Both the position numbers and the translations under genes were made by a program. Positions 38,818-52,914 of a DNA stretch of 64,000 nt are shown one piece after another. A model generated the notes under the pieces. That model saw only the letters and a list, made by a program, of their open reading frames with translations, made no database searches and was not told where the DNA came from. How positions within the stretch are numbered: the first letter of the stretch is position 1; every line of letters begins with the position of its first letter. The stretch comes from the human T2T-CHM13v2.0 reference genome, Homo sapiens. The stretch lies in NCBI RefSeq assembly GCF_009914755.1, contig NC_060929.1. One strand, 5' to 3'.

Positions 38818-39356
38818 TGTGATGGCTAATTTTATGTGTCAAACTAATTGGCCACAGAATGCCCAGGTTAAACATTATTTCTGCTTTTGTCTGTGAGGTT
38901 GTTTCCAGATGAGATTGGCATTTGAATTGGTAGACTCAGTAGCTCAGATTGACCTCCCCAATATGAGTGGGCTGATGTCATCCAATCCATTGAGGGCATG
39001 AATAGAACAAAAAGGTAGAGAAAGGAGGATTTTGCCCCTTTTGTTTTCTGCCTGCCTGTTTGAGCTGGGACATTTAATTTTATCTTCTCTGGCCCTCAGA
39101 CTAGAATTTATACAATTGGCTTCCCTGGTTCTTGGCCTTCAGACTTGGACTGGCTTTCCTGGGTTTCCAGCTTGCAGACAGCAGATTGTGCTATTTTCTG
39201 ACTCCATAAACACATGAGCCAATTCCTCATAATTAATCTCTCCCCCACACCTCATGCTCTCTCTCTCTCCTTCTATCTTACCTTACCTTATCTTATCTTT
39301 TCTTATCTATTCATCTCCAACTGATTCTGTTCCTCTGGAGAACCCTGACTAATGTA
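38818..39356 (+). mobile_element. MLT2-family (HERV-L) solo LTR
   Basis: tgtgatggctaattttatgtgtcaa ... tctggagaaccctgactaatgta; TSD-like gtctc/gtatc. Confidence 0.88.
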
Positions 39357-39489
39357 GTATCTTTTCCTCTAATGTCTTACCATGGATGCTTTATTCATGA
39401 ATTTATCTAAACATCTGGATGTAAACAGATCTCATATGGAACCCCAGTTTCACTATGATTTTGAATTAATTATTTCATCATTTGGACTA

Positions 39490-41764
39490 TGTATTAGTCC
39501 ATTTTCATGCTGCTGATAAAAACATACCCGAGACTGGGAAGAAAAGGAGGTTTAATTGGACTTACAGTTCCACATAGCTGGGGAGGCCTCAGAATCATGG
39601 CGGGAGGTGAAAGGTACTTCTTACATGCTAGTGGCAAGAGAAGATGAGGAAGATGCAAAAGCGGAGACCCTGGATAAAACCATCAGATCTCATGAGACTT
39701 CTTCACTGCCATGAGAACAGTATGGAGGAAACTGCTCCCATGATTCAAATTATCTCCCACTAGGTCCCTCCCACAACATGTGGGAATTATGGGAGTACAA
39801 TTCAAGATGAGATTTGGGTGGGGACACATCCAAACCATATCATTCGACCCCTGGCCCCTCCAAATCTCATGTCATCACATTGCAAAACCAATCATGCCTT
39901 CCCAACAGTCCCCCAAAGTCTTAACTCATTTCAGCATTAACCCAAAAGTCCACAGTCCAAAGTCTCACCTGAGATAAGGCAAGTCCTTTCTGTCTATGAG
40001 CCTGTAAAATCAAAAGCAAGCTATTTACTTCCTAGATACAATGGGGCTACATTGGGTAAATATAGCCATTCCAAGTGAAATAAATTGGGCAAAACAAAGG
40101 AGTTACAGGGCCAATGCAAGTCTGAAATCCAGTGGGACAATCAAATTTTAAAGCTCCAAAATGATCTCCTTTGATTCCAGGTCTCACATCCAGGTCATGC
40201 TGATGCAAGAGGTGGGTTCCCATGGTCTTGGGCCACTCTACCCCTGTGGCTTTGCAGGATACAGCCTCCCTCCTCGCTGCTTTCATGGGCTGGCATTGAG
40301 TGTCTGTGACTTTTCCAGGTGAATGGTGCAAGCTGTTGGTGGATCTACCATTCTGGGCCTGGATGACGGTGGCCCTCTTCTCACAACTCCACTAGGTGGT
40401 GCCCCAGTAGGGACTCTGTGTGGGGGATCCAACCCCACATTTTCCTTCTGCACTGCCCTAGCAGAGGTTCTCCATGAGCTCCCTGCCCCTGCAGCAAACA
40501 TCCGCCTGGGCATCCAGGCATTTCCATACATCTGAAATCTAGGTGGAGGTTCCCAAACCGCAATTCTTGACTTCTGTGCACTTGCAGGCTCAACACCACA
40601 TGGAAGCTGCCAAGGTTTGGGGCTTGTACTTTTTGAATCCATGGCCCGAGCTCTATGTTGGCCCCTTTCAGCCATGGCTGGAGCAGCTGGGACTTAGGGC
40701 ACCAAGTCCCTAGGCTGCACACAGCATGGGTACCCTGGGCCCGGCCCATGAAACCATTTTTTCCTCCTAGGCCTCCACGCCTGTGATGAGAAGGGCTGCT
40801 GTGAAGATCTCTCACATGCCCTGGAGACATTTTCCCCATTGTCTTGGGGACTAACATTTGGCTTCTTGTTACTTATGCAAATTTCTGCAGCCAGCTTAAA
40901 TTTCTCCTCAGAAAATGGGATTTTCATTTCTGTCACATTGTCAGGCTACAAATTTTCCAAATTTTTATGCTCTGCTTCCCTTATAAAACTGAATGCCTTT
41001 AACAGCACTCAAGTCACCTCTTGAATGCTTTGCTGCTTAGAAATTTCTTCTGCCAGATACCCTAAGTCATTTCTCTGAAGTTCAAAGTTTCACAAATCTC
41101 TAGGGCAGGGGCAAAATGCTGCCAGTCTCTTTGCTAAAACATAACAAGAGTCACCTTTGTTCCAGTTCCCAAACAAGTGTTTCATCTCCATCTGAGATCA
41201 CCTCAGCCTTGACCTTATTGTCCATGTTGCTATCAGGTTTTTGGTCAAAGCCATTCAACAAGTCCCTAGGTAATTCCAAACTTTCCCACATTTTCCTGCC
41301 TTCTGAGTCCTCCAAACTGTTCCAACCATTGCCTGTTACCCAGTTCCAAAGTTGCTTCCACATTTTTTGGTATCTTTTCAGCAATGCCCCACTCTGCTGG
41401 TACCAATTTACTGCATTAGTCCATTTTCATGCTGCTGATAAAGACATACCTGAGACTGGGAAGAAAAGGAGATATAATTGAACTTACAGTTACACATGGC
41501 TGGGGAGGTCTCAGAATCATGGCAGGAGGTGAAAGGCACTTCTTACATGGCAGTGGCAAGATAAAATGAGGAAGATGCAAAAGCAGAAACCCCTTTTAGA
41601 ACCATCAGATCTTGTGAGACTTGTTCACTACCATGAGAACAGTATGGGGGAAACCGCCCCCATGAGTCAAATTATCTCCCACCAAGTCCCCCCCATAACT
41701 CATGGGAATTATGGGAGTACAATTCAAGATGAGTTTTGGGTGGGAACACAGCTAAGCCATATCA
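39490..41764 (-). mobile_element. Complete THE1A MaLR element (LTR 39490-39842, internal 39843-41411, LTR 41412-41764)
   Basis: Two 353-bp direct LTRs tg(t/c)attagtcc...ccatatca around a THE1-int of about 1.57 kb; PBS-like tggtaccag follows the 5' LTR on the minus strand. Confidence 0.95.
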
Positions 41765-41824
41765 GAGCACAAGTGTCTGTTCATAGTACATTGGCATGAA
41801 AGTATTCAATAAATATGAGTTCCT

Positions 41825-42175
41825 GTGTTAGCCATATTTTTATTGAAAAAATGCTGTATACCAAATATCAATGGCATACAAAAACACCATTTATTTCTCA
41901 CTTGTAGGTCTGTAGCTCACTCTACTTCAGGCTATGGGTCAAGCTTGTGTCTGCTTCATGTAGTTTATTCCAGGACCACGACAAGGGGCAGAAGCTAACT
42001 GGGATATATTTTCACTAGGTGGAGGTCAGAAACTTCAGAGGGATGGGCAGATACATGAAATGCCTCTTAGGGCCACATGGCCAAATCCCAAATCATTAGG
42101 GTGGGGAAGAATACTTCCTTCATGCAAGTGGGAGGGGGAAAGGAGTGAATATTTGTTAAATAATAATCTACCACA
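41825..42175 (-). mobile_element. Old MLT1 (I/J-like) LTR
   Basis: catttatttctcac...ccacatggccaaatccc...gtgaatatttgttaaataataatctaccaca. Confidence 0.7.
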
Positions 42176-42427
42176 CTTCCCTTTGTCCTTTCAGAACTTT
42201 AAATAAATCTATTTCCAGCCCTTTTTAAATCTAGTTCTAAACCTACCACAAATATAGTAGGCTTTCCATAAAGCAGTTTCTTTTTATTGCTGTAAAATTA
42301 AACATCTATTAGGGAGATACTTTGCTCACTTTTTTGGTGATGCTATTGTAATTGCCTTGGTTGATAATGGCAATATTTATTCTCTCTAATCTGGGCCAAC
42401 CAGCCTGGTTAATGGCTAAGGGTTACA

Positions 42428-42621
42428 CTTATGCTGTCCAAGTGGCAGCCGCTACCTACCCATATCTATTTGAATTAGACACAATTTAAAAATTCTGTTC
42501 CTCTATCACACTAGTCACATTTCAAGTGATCAATAGCTATATGTGGCTAGTGGCTACCACACAGTGTAGCACAGATATAGGACATTTCCATCATCACAGA
42601 AAATTCAACTGGACAAGATTG
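42428..42621 (-). mobile_element. MER3 hAT MITE
   Basis: gctgtccaa ... cacatttcaagtgatcaatagctatatgtggctagtggctac ... ggacatttccatcatcacagaaaattc. Confidence 0.8.
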
Positions 42622-42635
42622 GTTTAGACACGACA

Positions 42636-42875
42636 ATAATAATGGTCTTCATTTATCTTGCACCATGTGCTGAGCACTCTGCTATGTACACTCCATGCCT
42701 CATTTAAGTTCATCCTTGCAGCCATCCTGTGAGATCAGTACTATTATTCTCATTTTTCTAATGAGGAAACTGATGCTAATGATGCTAAGAATAGGAGCAA
42801 GTTTGCCAATGGGTAAGTAACTGGCAGTGTCATGTCCATTTGACTCCAAAGCTCTGCCTCTAAGCCACTAGCATC
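42636..42875 (-). mobile_element. MIR
   Basis: attattctcatttttctaatgaggaaactgatgct core. Confidence 0.75.
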
Positions 42876-43152
42876 CTCAGTTTTCCAATGGCCTGTCCTC
42901 AGGTCTGTCCTCAGGCCATCTCAAGAACAGATGCCATGATGTCCAATAGCAGAGAAGAGGTCTCCAGACTCCAAAGTTGGTCCAAGGAGCCAGGAGAGCC
43001 CTATGGTTGTAGTCACTCCAAAAGTTTCCTCTGCCTTTCCTGACACAGCAGTTCACAATTTGGAATGATTCTGCCCTGCTAACTCCTGTTGCATCAAGTA
43101 ATTTGTGCTCTTTCCTGCTGAGGGGCTTTAGCAGGGGTTCATTTTTGGAGGA

Positions 43153-43418
43153 TGCTGTGGTTTGAATATGGTGCCCCCTCCAAGACACCACATTCAAACC
43201 ACAGCATCCTCCAAAATGATGGTGACTAAGAGATGGTGCCTTTTGGGAAGTGATTAAGTCATGAGATCTTTGCCCTTATGAATGGATTAACCCTTTTTAA
43301 CCCCAAAAGAGGCTTTAGAGAGGGTTCATCCCTTTTTGCCTTCTACCTTCTGCCATGTGAAGATGTCACCATGAGAAGGTGCCATTGATGGAGCAGTCCC
43401 TCACCACTCCAATGTTGA
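43153..43418 (+). mobile_element. MSTC/D-like MaLR LTR, 5' half
   Basis: tgctgtggtttgaat start; ttctgccatgtgaagat; ends at ccctcacca...tgttga; 3' half lies inverted at 51255-51370. Confidence 0.8.
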
Positions 43419-43477
43419 TGAAGTGGTGTCATCGTCAGGGGTAAATACCTGGGGTTTGTCTCACACCAAGAAGATTA
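43419..43477 (-). mobile_element. 3'-terminal 59 bp of the ERV1 LTR at 51371-52017
   Basis: Reverse complement taatcttcttggtgtgagacaaaccccaggtatttacccctgacgatgacaccacttca matches 51964-52017 and carries the terminal CA. Confidence 0.85.
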
Positions 43478-44650
43478 TCAGAAATAAAAAGGAATGAATT
43501 ACTGATACATGCTGTAACGTGAATGAGTCTTGAAAACATTATGCTAAGTGAAAGTAGCCAGCCACAAAAGGTCACATACTGTATTATTTCATTTATGTGA
43601 AACGTCCAGAATAGGCAAATTCACAGAGAAGGAAAGTAAATTAGCAGTTGCCAGGGAATGAGGGAGGGGAGAATGCTGACTGACTGGTTAATGGTTATGA
43701 CATTTCCTTTTGTGGTGATAAAAACGTTCTGGAACTAGATGGTGGTGATGACTGCAGAACATTGTAAACATACTAGATGATACTGAAGTGTACATTTTAA
43801 ATGGTTAAAATGGTGAATTTTATGTTATATGAATGTTACTACAATTTTTTGAAATACTAGACATTCAATGACCATACAACCCAGCAACTTTCCTTCCAGG
43901 TGTTTATCCCAGAGAAATACAAGCTGATGTTTAAATTACATATACATATGAATGTTTATAGTAGCCTTTATTCACAATAGCCAAAAACTGGTTCTTGAAT
44001 AGATGAATTGGTGAAACAAACTGGTACATCCAAACTAAGGAATACTACTCAGCAAAAAGGAAAAGAAAAGAAGAAGAACAGGAAGAGAGGAGGAGGTGGA
44101 GGAGGAAGAAGAAGAGGAAAAAAGAAGAAGAAGAAAAGATGAAGAAAAGAAGAAGAGGAGGAGGAAGGGGGAAGAGGGGAGAGGAGGTAGTGGAAGAGGA
44201 GAGGAAGGAAGAAGAGGAGGAGAAAGAGGAGGAGGAAGAAGAAAAAGAGAAAGAGAAAAGAAGAGGAGGAAGAGGAAGAGGAGGAGGAGGAAGACGAGGA
44301 GGAGGAAGAGGAGGAAACTATCAATACACACAAACAACCTGGATGAATCTCAAGAGAATTAGACTGGAATGATACAATTATAGAAATAGAGAACAGATTA
44401 GTGGTTGTCATAGGTTAAAGAAAAGGTGAGGATGGGAGGGAAGTTGTATGGCTATTAAAAGGCCACATGATGGGTGCTTCTGATGGGAATATTCTGTATC
44501 TGAAATGTATCATAATTTGGTTTTGATATAGAACTTGGTTTTGTAAGATGTTACCACTGGAGGAAACTGGATAAAATTACACAGGATCTGCCTGCATACA
44601 TTTTATAGTTGCATGTAAATACAAGATTATTTAAAAATAAAAGGTTTTAA
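43478..44650 (+). mobile_element. Old L1MB/L1MC 3'-end fragments
   Basis: aaaaaggaatgaattactgatacatgc...gtgaattttatgttatatgaat, then a second L1M 3' end ending taaaataaaagg. Confidence 0.8.
44053..44317 (+). repeat. Polypurine (GAA/GGA)n low-complexity tract
   Basis: About 265 nt of almost pure A/G. Confidence 0.95.
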
Positions 44651-45755
44651 TTACCAAATTTTTAGTTGAGTATAAGCAATATTTCTGATATAAAAATTTG
44701 AAACAGTTGGAGTCATCCAAGGTGGCCAAATATGAACAGCTCTGGTCTGCAGCTCCCAGCATGATCGACGAAGAAGATGGGTGATTTCTGCATTTCCAAC
44801 TGAGGCACCTGGTTCATCTCAATGGGACTGGTTGGACAGTGGGTGCAGCCCACAGAGGGTGAGCTGAAGCACGGTGGGGCATCACCTTACCCAGGAAGCA
44901 CAAGGGGTAGGGGGATTTTCCCCCTTTTCTAGCCAAGGGAAGCTGTGACAGATTGTATCTGGAAAAATGGGACATTCCCACATAAATACTGTGCTTTTTC
45001 AATGGTCTTAGCAAATGGCACACCAGGAGATTATATCCTGTGCATGGCTCAGTGTGTCCCACGCCCACAGAGCCTTGCTCACTGCTAGTGCAGCAGTCTG
45101 AGATTGACCTGCGAGGCAGCATCCTGGCAGGGGGAGGGGCATCTGCCATTGCTGAGGCTTGAGTAGGGAAACAAAGCAGTTGGGGAAGCCCGAACTGGGT
45201 GGGGCCCACCGCAGCTCAGCAAGGCCTACTGCCTCTGTTGACTCCACTTCAGGGGGAAGGTCATAGCTGAACAAAAGGCAGCAGAAACTTCTGCAGACTT
45301 AAACGTCCCTGTCTGACAGCTCTGAAGAGAGCAGTGGTTCTCCCAGCATGGCATTTGAGGTTCTCCCAGCCTGGCATTTGAGCTCTGAGAATGGACAGAC
45401 TGCTTCCTCAAGTGGGTCCCTGACCCCGGTGTAGCCTAACTGGGAGACACCTCCCAGTAGGGGTTGACTGACACCTCATACAGGTGGGTGCCCCTCTGAG
45501 ACGAAGCTTCCAGAGGAAGGATCAGGCAGCAATATTGGCTGTTCTGTAGCCTCCACTGGTGGCACCCAGGCAAAGAGGTTCTGGAGTGGACCTCCAGCAA
45601 ACTCCAACAGACCTGCAGCTGAGGGACCTGACTCTTAGAAGGAAAACTAACAAACAGAAAGGAATGGCATCAACATCAACAAAAAGGACATCCACACCCA
45701 AACCCCATCTGTAGGTCATCAACATCAAAGACCAAAGGTAAATAAAAACACAAAG

Positions 45756-46747
45756 ATGGGGAAAAAACAGAGCAGAAAAGCTGAAAATTCTAAAAGCCAG
45801 AGTGCCTCTTCTTCTCCAAAGGATCACAGCTCCTTGCCAGCAACAGAACAAAGCTAGATGGGGAATGACTTCGACAAGTTGACAGAAGTAGTCAGAAGGT
45901 GAGTAATAACAAACTTCTCCAAGCTAAAGGAGGATGTTTGAATCCATCACAATGACAAATGGCTGACTAGAATTACAGTGTGGAGAAGACCATAAATGAC
46001 CTGCTGGAGCTGAAAACCATGGCACAAGAACTACGTGATGCATGCACAAGCTTCAGTAGCTGATTCGATCAAGTGGAAGAAAGGGTATCAGTGATTAAAG
46101 ATCAAATTAATGAAACAAAGCAAGGAGAGGTTTAGAGAAAAAAGAGTAAAAACAAATGAACAAAGCCTCCAAGAAATATGGGACTATGTGAAAAGACCAA
46201 ATCTATGTTTGATTGGTGTACCTGAAAGTGATGGGGAGAATGGCACCAAGTTGGAAAACACTCTGCGGGATATTATCCAGGAGAACTTCCCCAACATAGC
46301 AAGGTGGGCCAACATTCAAATTCAGGAAATACAGAGAACGCCACAAAGATACTACTCGAGAAGAGCAACCCCAAGACACATAATTGTCAGATTCACCAAA
46401 GTTGAAATGAAGGAAAAAATGTTAAGGGCAGCCAGAGAGAAAGGTCGGGTTACCCACAAAGGGAAGCCCATCAGACTAACAGTGGATCACTCTGTAGAAA
46501 CCCTACAGGCCAGAAGAGAGTAGGGGCCAATATTCAACATTCTTAAAGAAAAGAATTTTCAACCCAGATTTCATATCCAGCCAAACTAAGCTTCATAAGT
46601 GAAGGAGAAATAAAGTCCTTTACAGACAAGCAAATGCTGAGAGATTTTGTCACCACCAGGCCTGCCTTACAAGTGCTCCTGAAGGAAGCACTAAACATGG
46701 AAAGGAACAACCAGTACCGGCCACTGCAAAAACATGCCAAATTGTAA
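45756..46747 (+). pseudogene. L1 ORF1p, multiply disrupted
   Basis: atggggaaaaaacag start; fragment 46110-46523; stops and deletions. Confidence 0.9.
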
Positions 46748-46810
46748 GGACCATCAATGCTAGGAAGAAACTGCATCAACCAATGGGCAAAATAACCAGC
46801 TAACATCATA

Positions 46811-50638
<3,828 letters not shown>

Positions 50639-51254
50639 CAATGAGAACACTTGGACACAGGGCGGGGAACATCACACACTGGGGCCTGTCATGGGATGGG
50701 GGCCTGGGAGAGGGATAGCATTAGGAGAAATACCTAATGTAAATGACGAGTTGACAGGTGCAGCAAACCAACATGGCACATGTATACCTATGTAAGAACC
50801 CTGCACATTGTGCACATGTACCCTAGAACTTAAAGTATAATAATCCAAAATTTGAAACAGTTATGAAAAGAAAATGGTGGGCCATAAACTACTTTTGCTT
50901 TAGGCCTTCACATCATGTAGAACATTAGGAGTAGGGTGAGGTTCACATTTATTATGCCTGTGTGATCATGTTTCTACTATAAATGTGCCTGGCATTCTAC
51001 AGAATCAATTTAGACCTCACAACATTGAAAGATGGGCATTTTAACCCCATTTTCTCAATGAGAAAATGGAGGTACAAAGATATTATATAATCTGCCCACA
51101 GCTTGATATTGCCAGCAAAATTTAAACATGGGTCTCTCAACTCCCAGTCACTCATTACCACACTGTCTCAGAGCTCTCACTATGACCAAGATAATGAGGA
51201 AATGGCTGGGGATCTCACAATGTCCTAATTCTCTGCAGATGCACGCAACCCCTT

Positions 51255-51370
51255 GGTCCTAGTTCACTTATGCTACTGAAACAAAATATGACTGACTGGA
51301 TAGTATAAAAAGAACAGAATTTTATTTCTCACAGTTCTGGAGGCCAGGAAGTTCAAGACCAAGGTACCAA
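51255..51370 (-). mobile_element. MST LTR 3' half (inverted partner of 43153-43418)
   Basis: Reverse complement ttggtaccttggtcttgaacttcctggcctccagaactgtgagaaataaaatt...gaactaggacc is the MST 3' end. Confidence 0.8.
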
Positions 51371-52017
51371 TGACATAGGAGTTAAGAAGAAATTACTTAA
51401 GCAGATAGTGAGGGTACAGGATTCCTCAGTAAGATTTCCCTTTTAATGAAAAGCAGCCCCCAAGTAATTGTCTTTTCTAATAAAGATAAGCCTGTAAAAT
51501 CAAGCTACAGACATAGACAAGCAAGCTGGAAGCTTGCAGGAGTGAATGCCAGAAGTCATGCCAATAGGAAAAGGCAACTTGGGACTAGGCATGTTCAAAA
51601 TGGCAGCTCCATCTTCCCTTCTCTTTGCCAAACCACATGTACAGTAGGAAGAAGACAATATGGTGCCAGCCAGGCAAAGACCCCATTTGTATAATAAGAT
51701 TAGGGTGGGGCAACTAGCCTTCCCTGTGTGCTATGTAGACATCACATCTGATTGAACAGTCTGTGGGCCCTATCTAAATCAGATACCACCTCCCCATGCC
51801 TGGCTATAAGATCTAGTGCAGTCCACCATGGGCTGGATTTTCCCATTTTGGAGCCCCTCTTTCTGGCAAGGGAGACAGCCGTTCTCCTTTCTCTTTCTTT
51901 TGTCTTTTAAACCTCCACTCCTAAACTCACTCCTAACTCACTCCTCGTGTGTGTCCGTGTCCTTAATCTTCTTGGTGTGAGAAAATGAACCCCAGGTATT
52001 TACCCTGGACAATGACA
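51371..52017 (+). mobile_element. ERV1 (MER4-group, LTR27-like) solo LTR lacking its last few bases
   Basis: tgacataggagttaagaagaaattacttaagcagatagtgagggt start; TATA-like ctataag; end aaccccaggtatttaccc. Confidence 0.8.
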
Positions 52018-52019
52018 TT

Positions 52020-52910
52020 TTGTATATCCATTCATCCATGAAGGATATTTTGTTGATGTAAGGTTCTGTGTTGACAGTTCTGTCCTTTCAGCACTGGAAA
52101 AACGGGATGCCACTTTCTATGGCATCCATGGTTTTCAATGAGAAATCTGCTGCCATTCAAATTGTTTATTTACTATAGGCAAGGTGGTATTTCACTCTCA
52201 CATTCAAGATTTTGTTTTCTTTAAGAAGCTTGACTATAATATATTTTATTGTGATTTCTCTAAGTTTATCTTCTCTGGCGTTCAGTCAGCTTTTTGAATC
52301 TGTAGGATTATGTTTTTACTAAATTTTGGAAGTTTTCAGCCATGATTTGTCTGAGTACTTCTTCAGTCCTGTACTCTTTCCCTCCACCTTCCCTGACCCA
52401 ATACACAATAGTAGATCTTTTTATATTGTCTTATAGGTCCCTCAGGCTCTCTGTTTTCTCTTTCAGTCTATTTTTTTCTCTGTCATTCAGATTGGGTGAT
52501 TTATATTATTCTGTCTTCCAGGTCATTGGTTCTTTCCTCTGTCACCTCCCTTCTGCTATTGAGCTTATCCACTGAGTTTTAAACAATTTTCATTAGTATA
52601 TTTTTTAGTCCTAAAATTTCTATTTGGTTGTTCTTTATATCTTCTAATTTTTTTTCTTAGACTTTCTATTTCTGTGTTAAAACTTTTTATTTTTTTCATT
52701 TAAATGTGCTTATAATTGCTTACTGAAACAATTTTATGGTGAATGCTTTAAATAATTGTCAGATAATTCTAATGTCTCTGTCATCTTAGCATTTGCATCT
52801 GCTGATTGTCTTTTTCTATTCAGTTTAAGATCTTTCTTATTCTTTGTATGACATGATTTTCCATTGAAGCTTAGGTATTTTGGGTATTATGTTATTAACA
52901 TTGGATTTTA
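52020..52910 (-). mobile_element. Ancient L1M (L1MC/MD-like) ORF1/5' region; probably resumes at about 59300-60050
   Basis: gaaggatattttgttg...gttgacag, tttgaatctgtaggattatg; 5' terminus-like ctggaagtggaagtc at about 60050. Confidence 0.6.
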
Positions 52911-52914
52911 AAAT

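Noticed and set aside
39780-41799. Cluster of 60-160 aa ORFs
   Set aside because: All lie within the THE1A element as fragments of the degenerate MaLR internal ORF or chance frames
44035-44411. Glu/Arg/Lys-rich, Ser-rich and Leu-rich ORFs on both strands
   Set aside because: Translation artefacts of the GAA/GGA low-complexity tract
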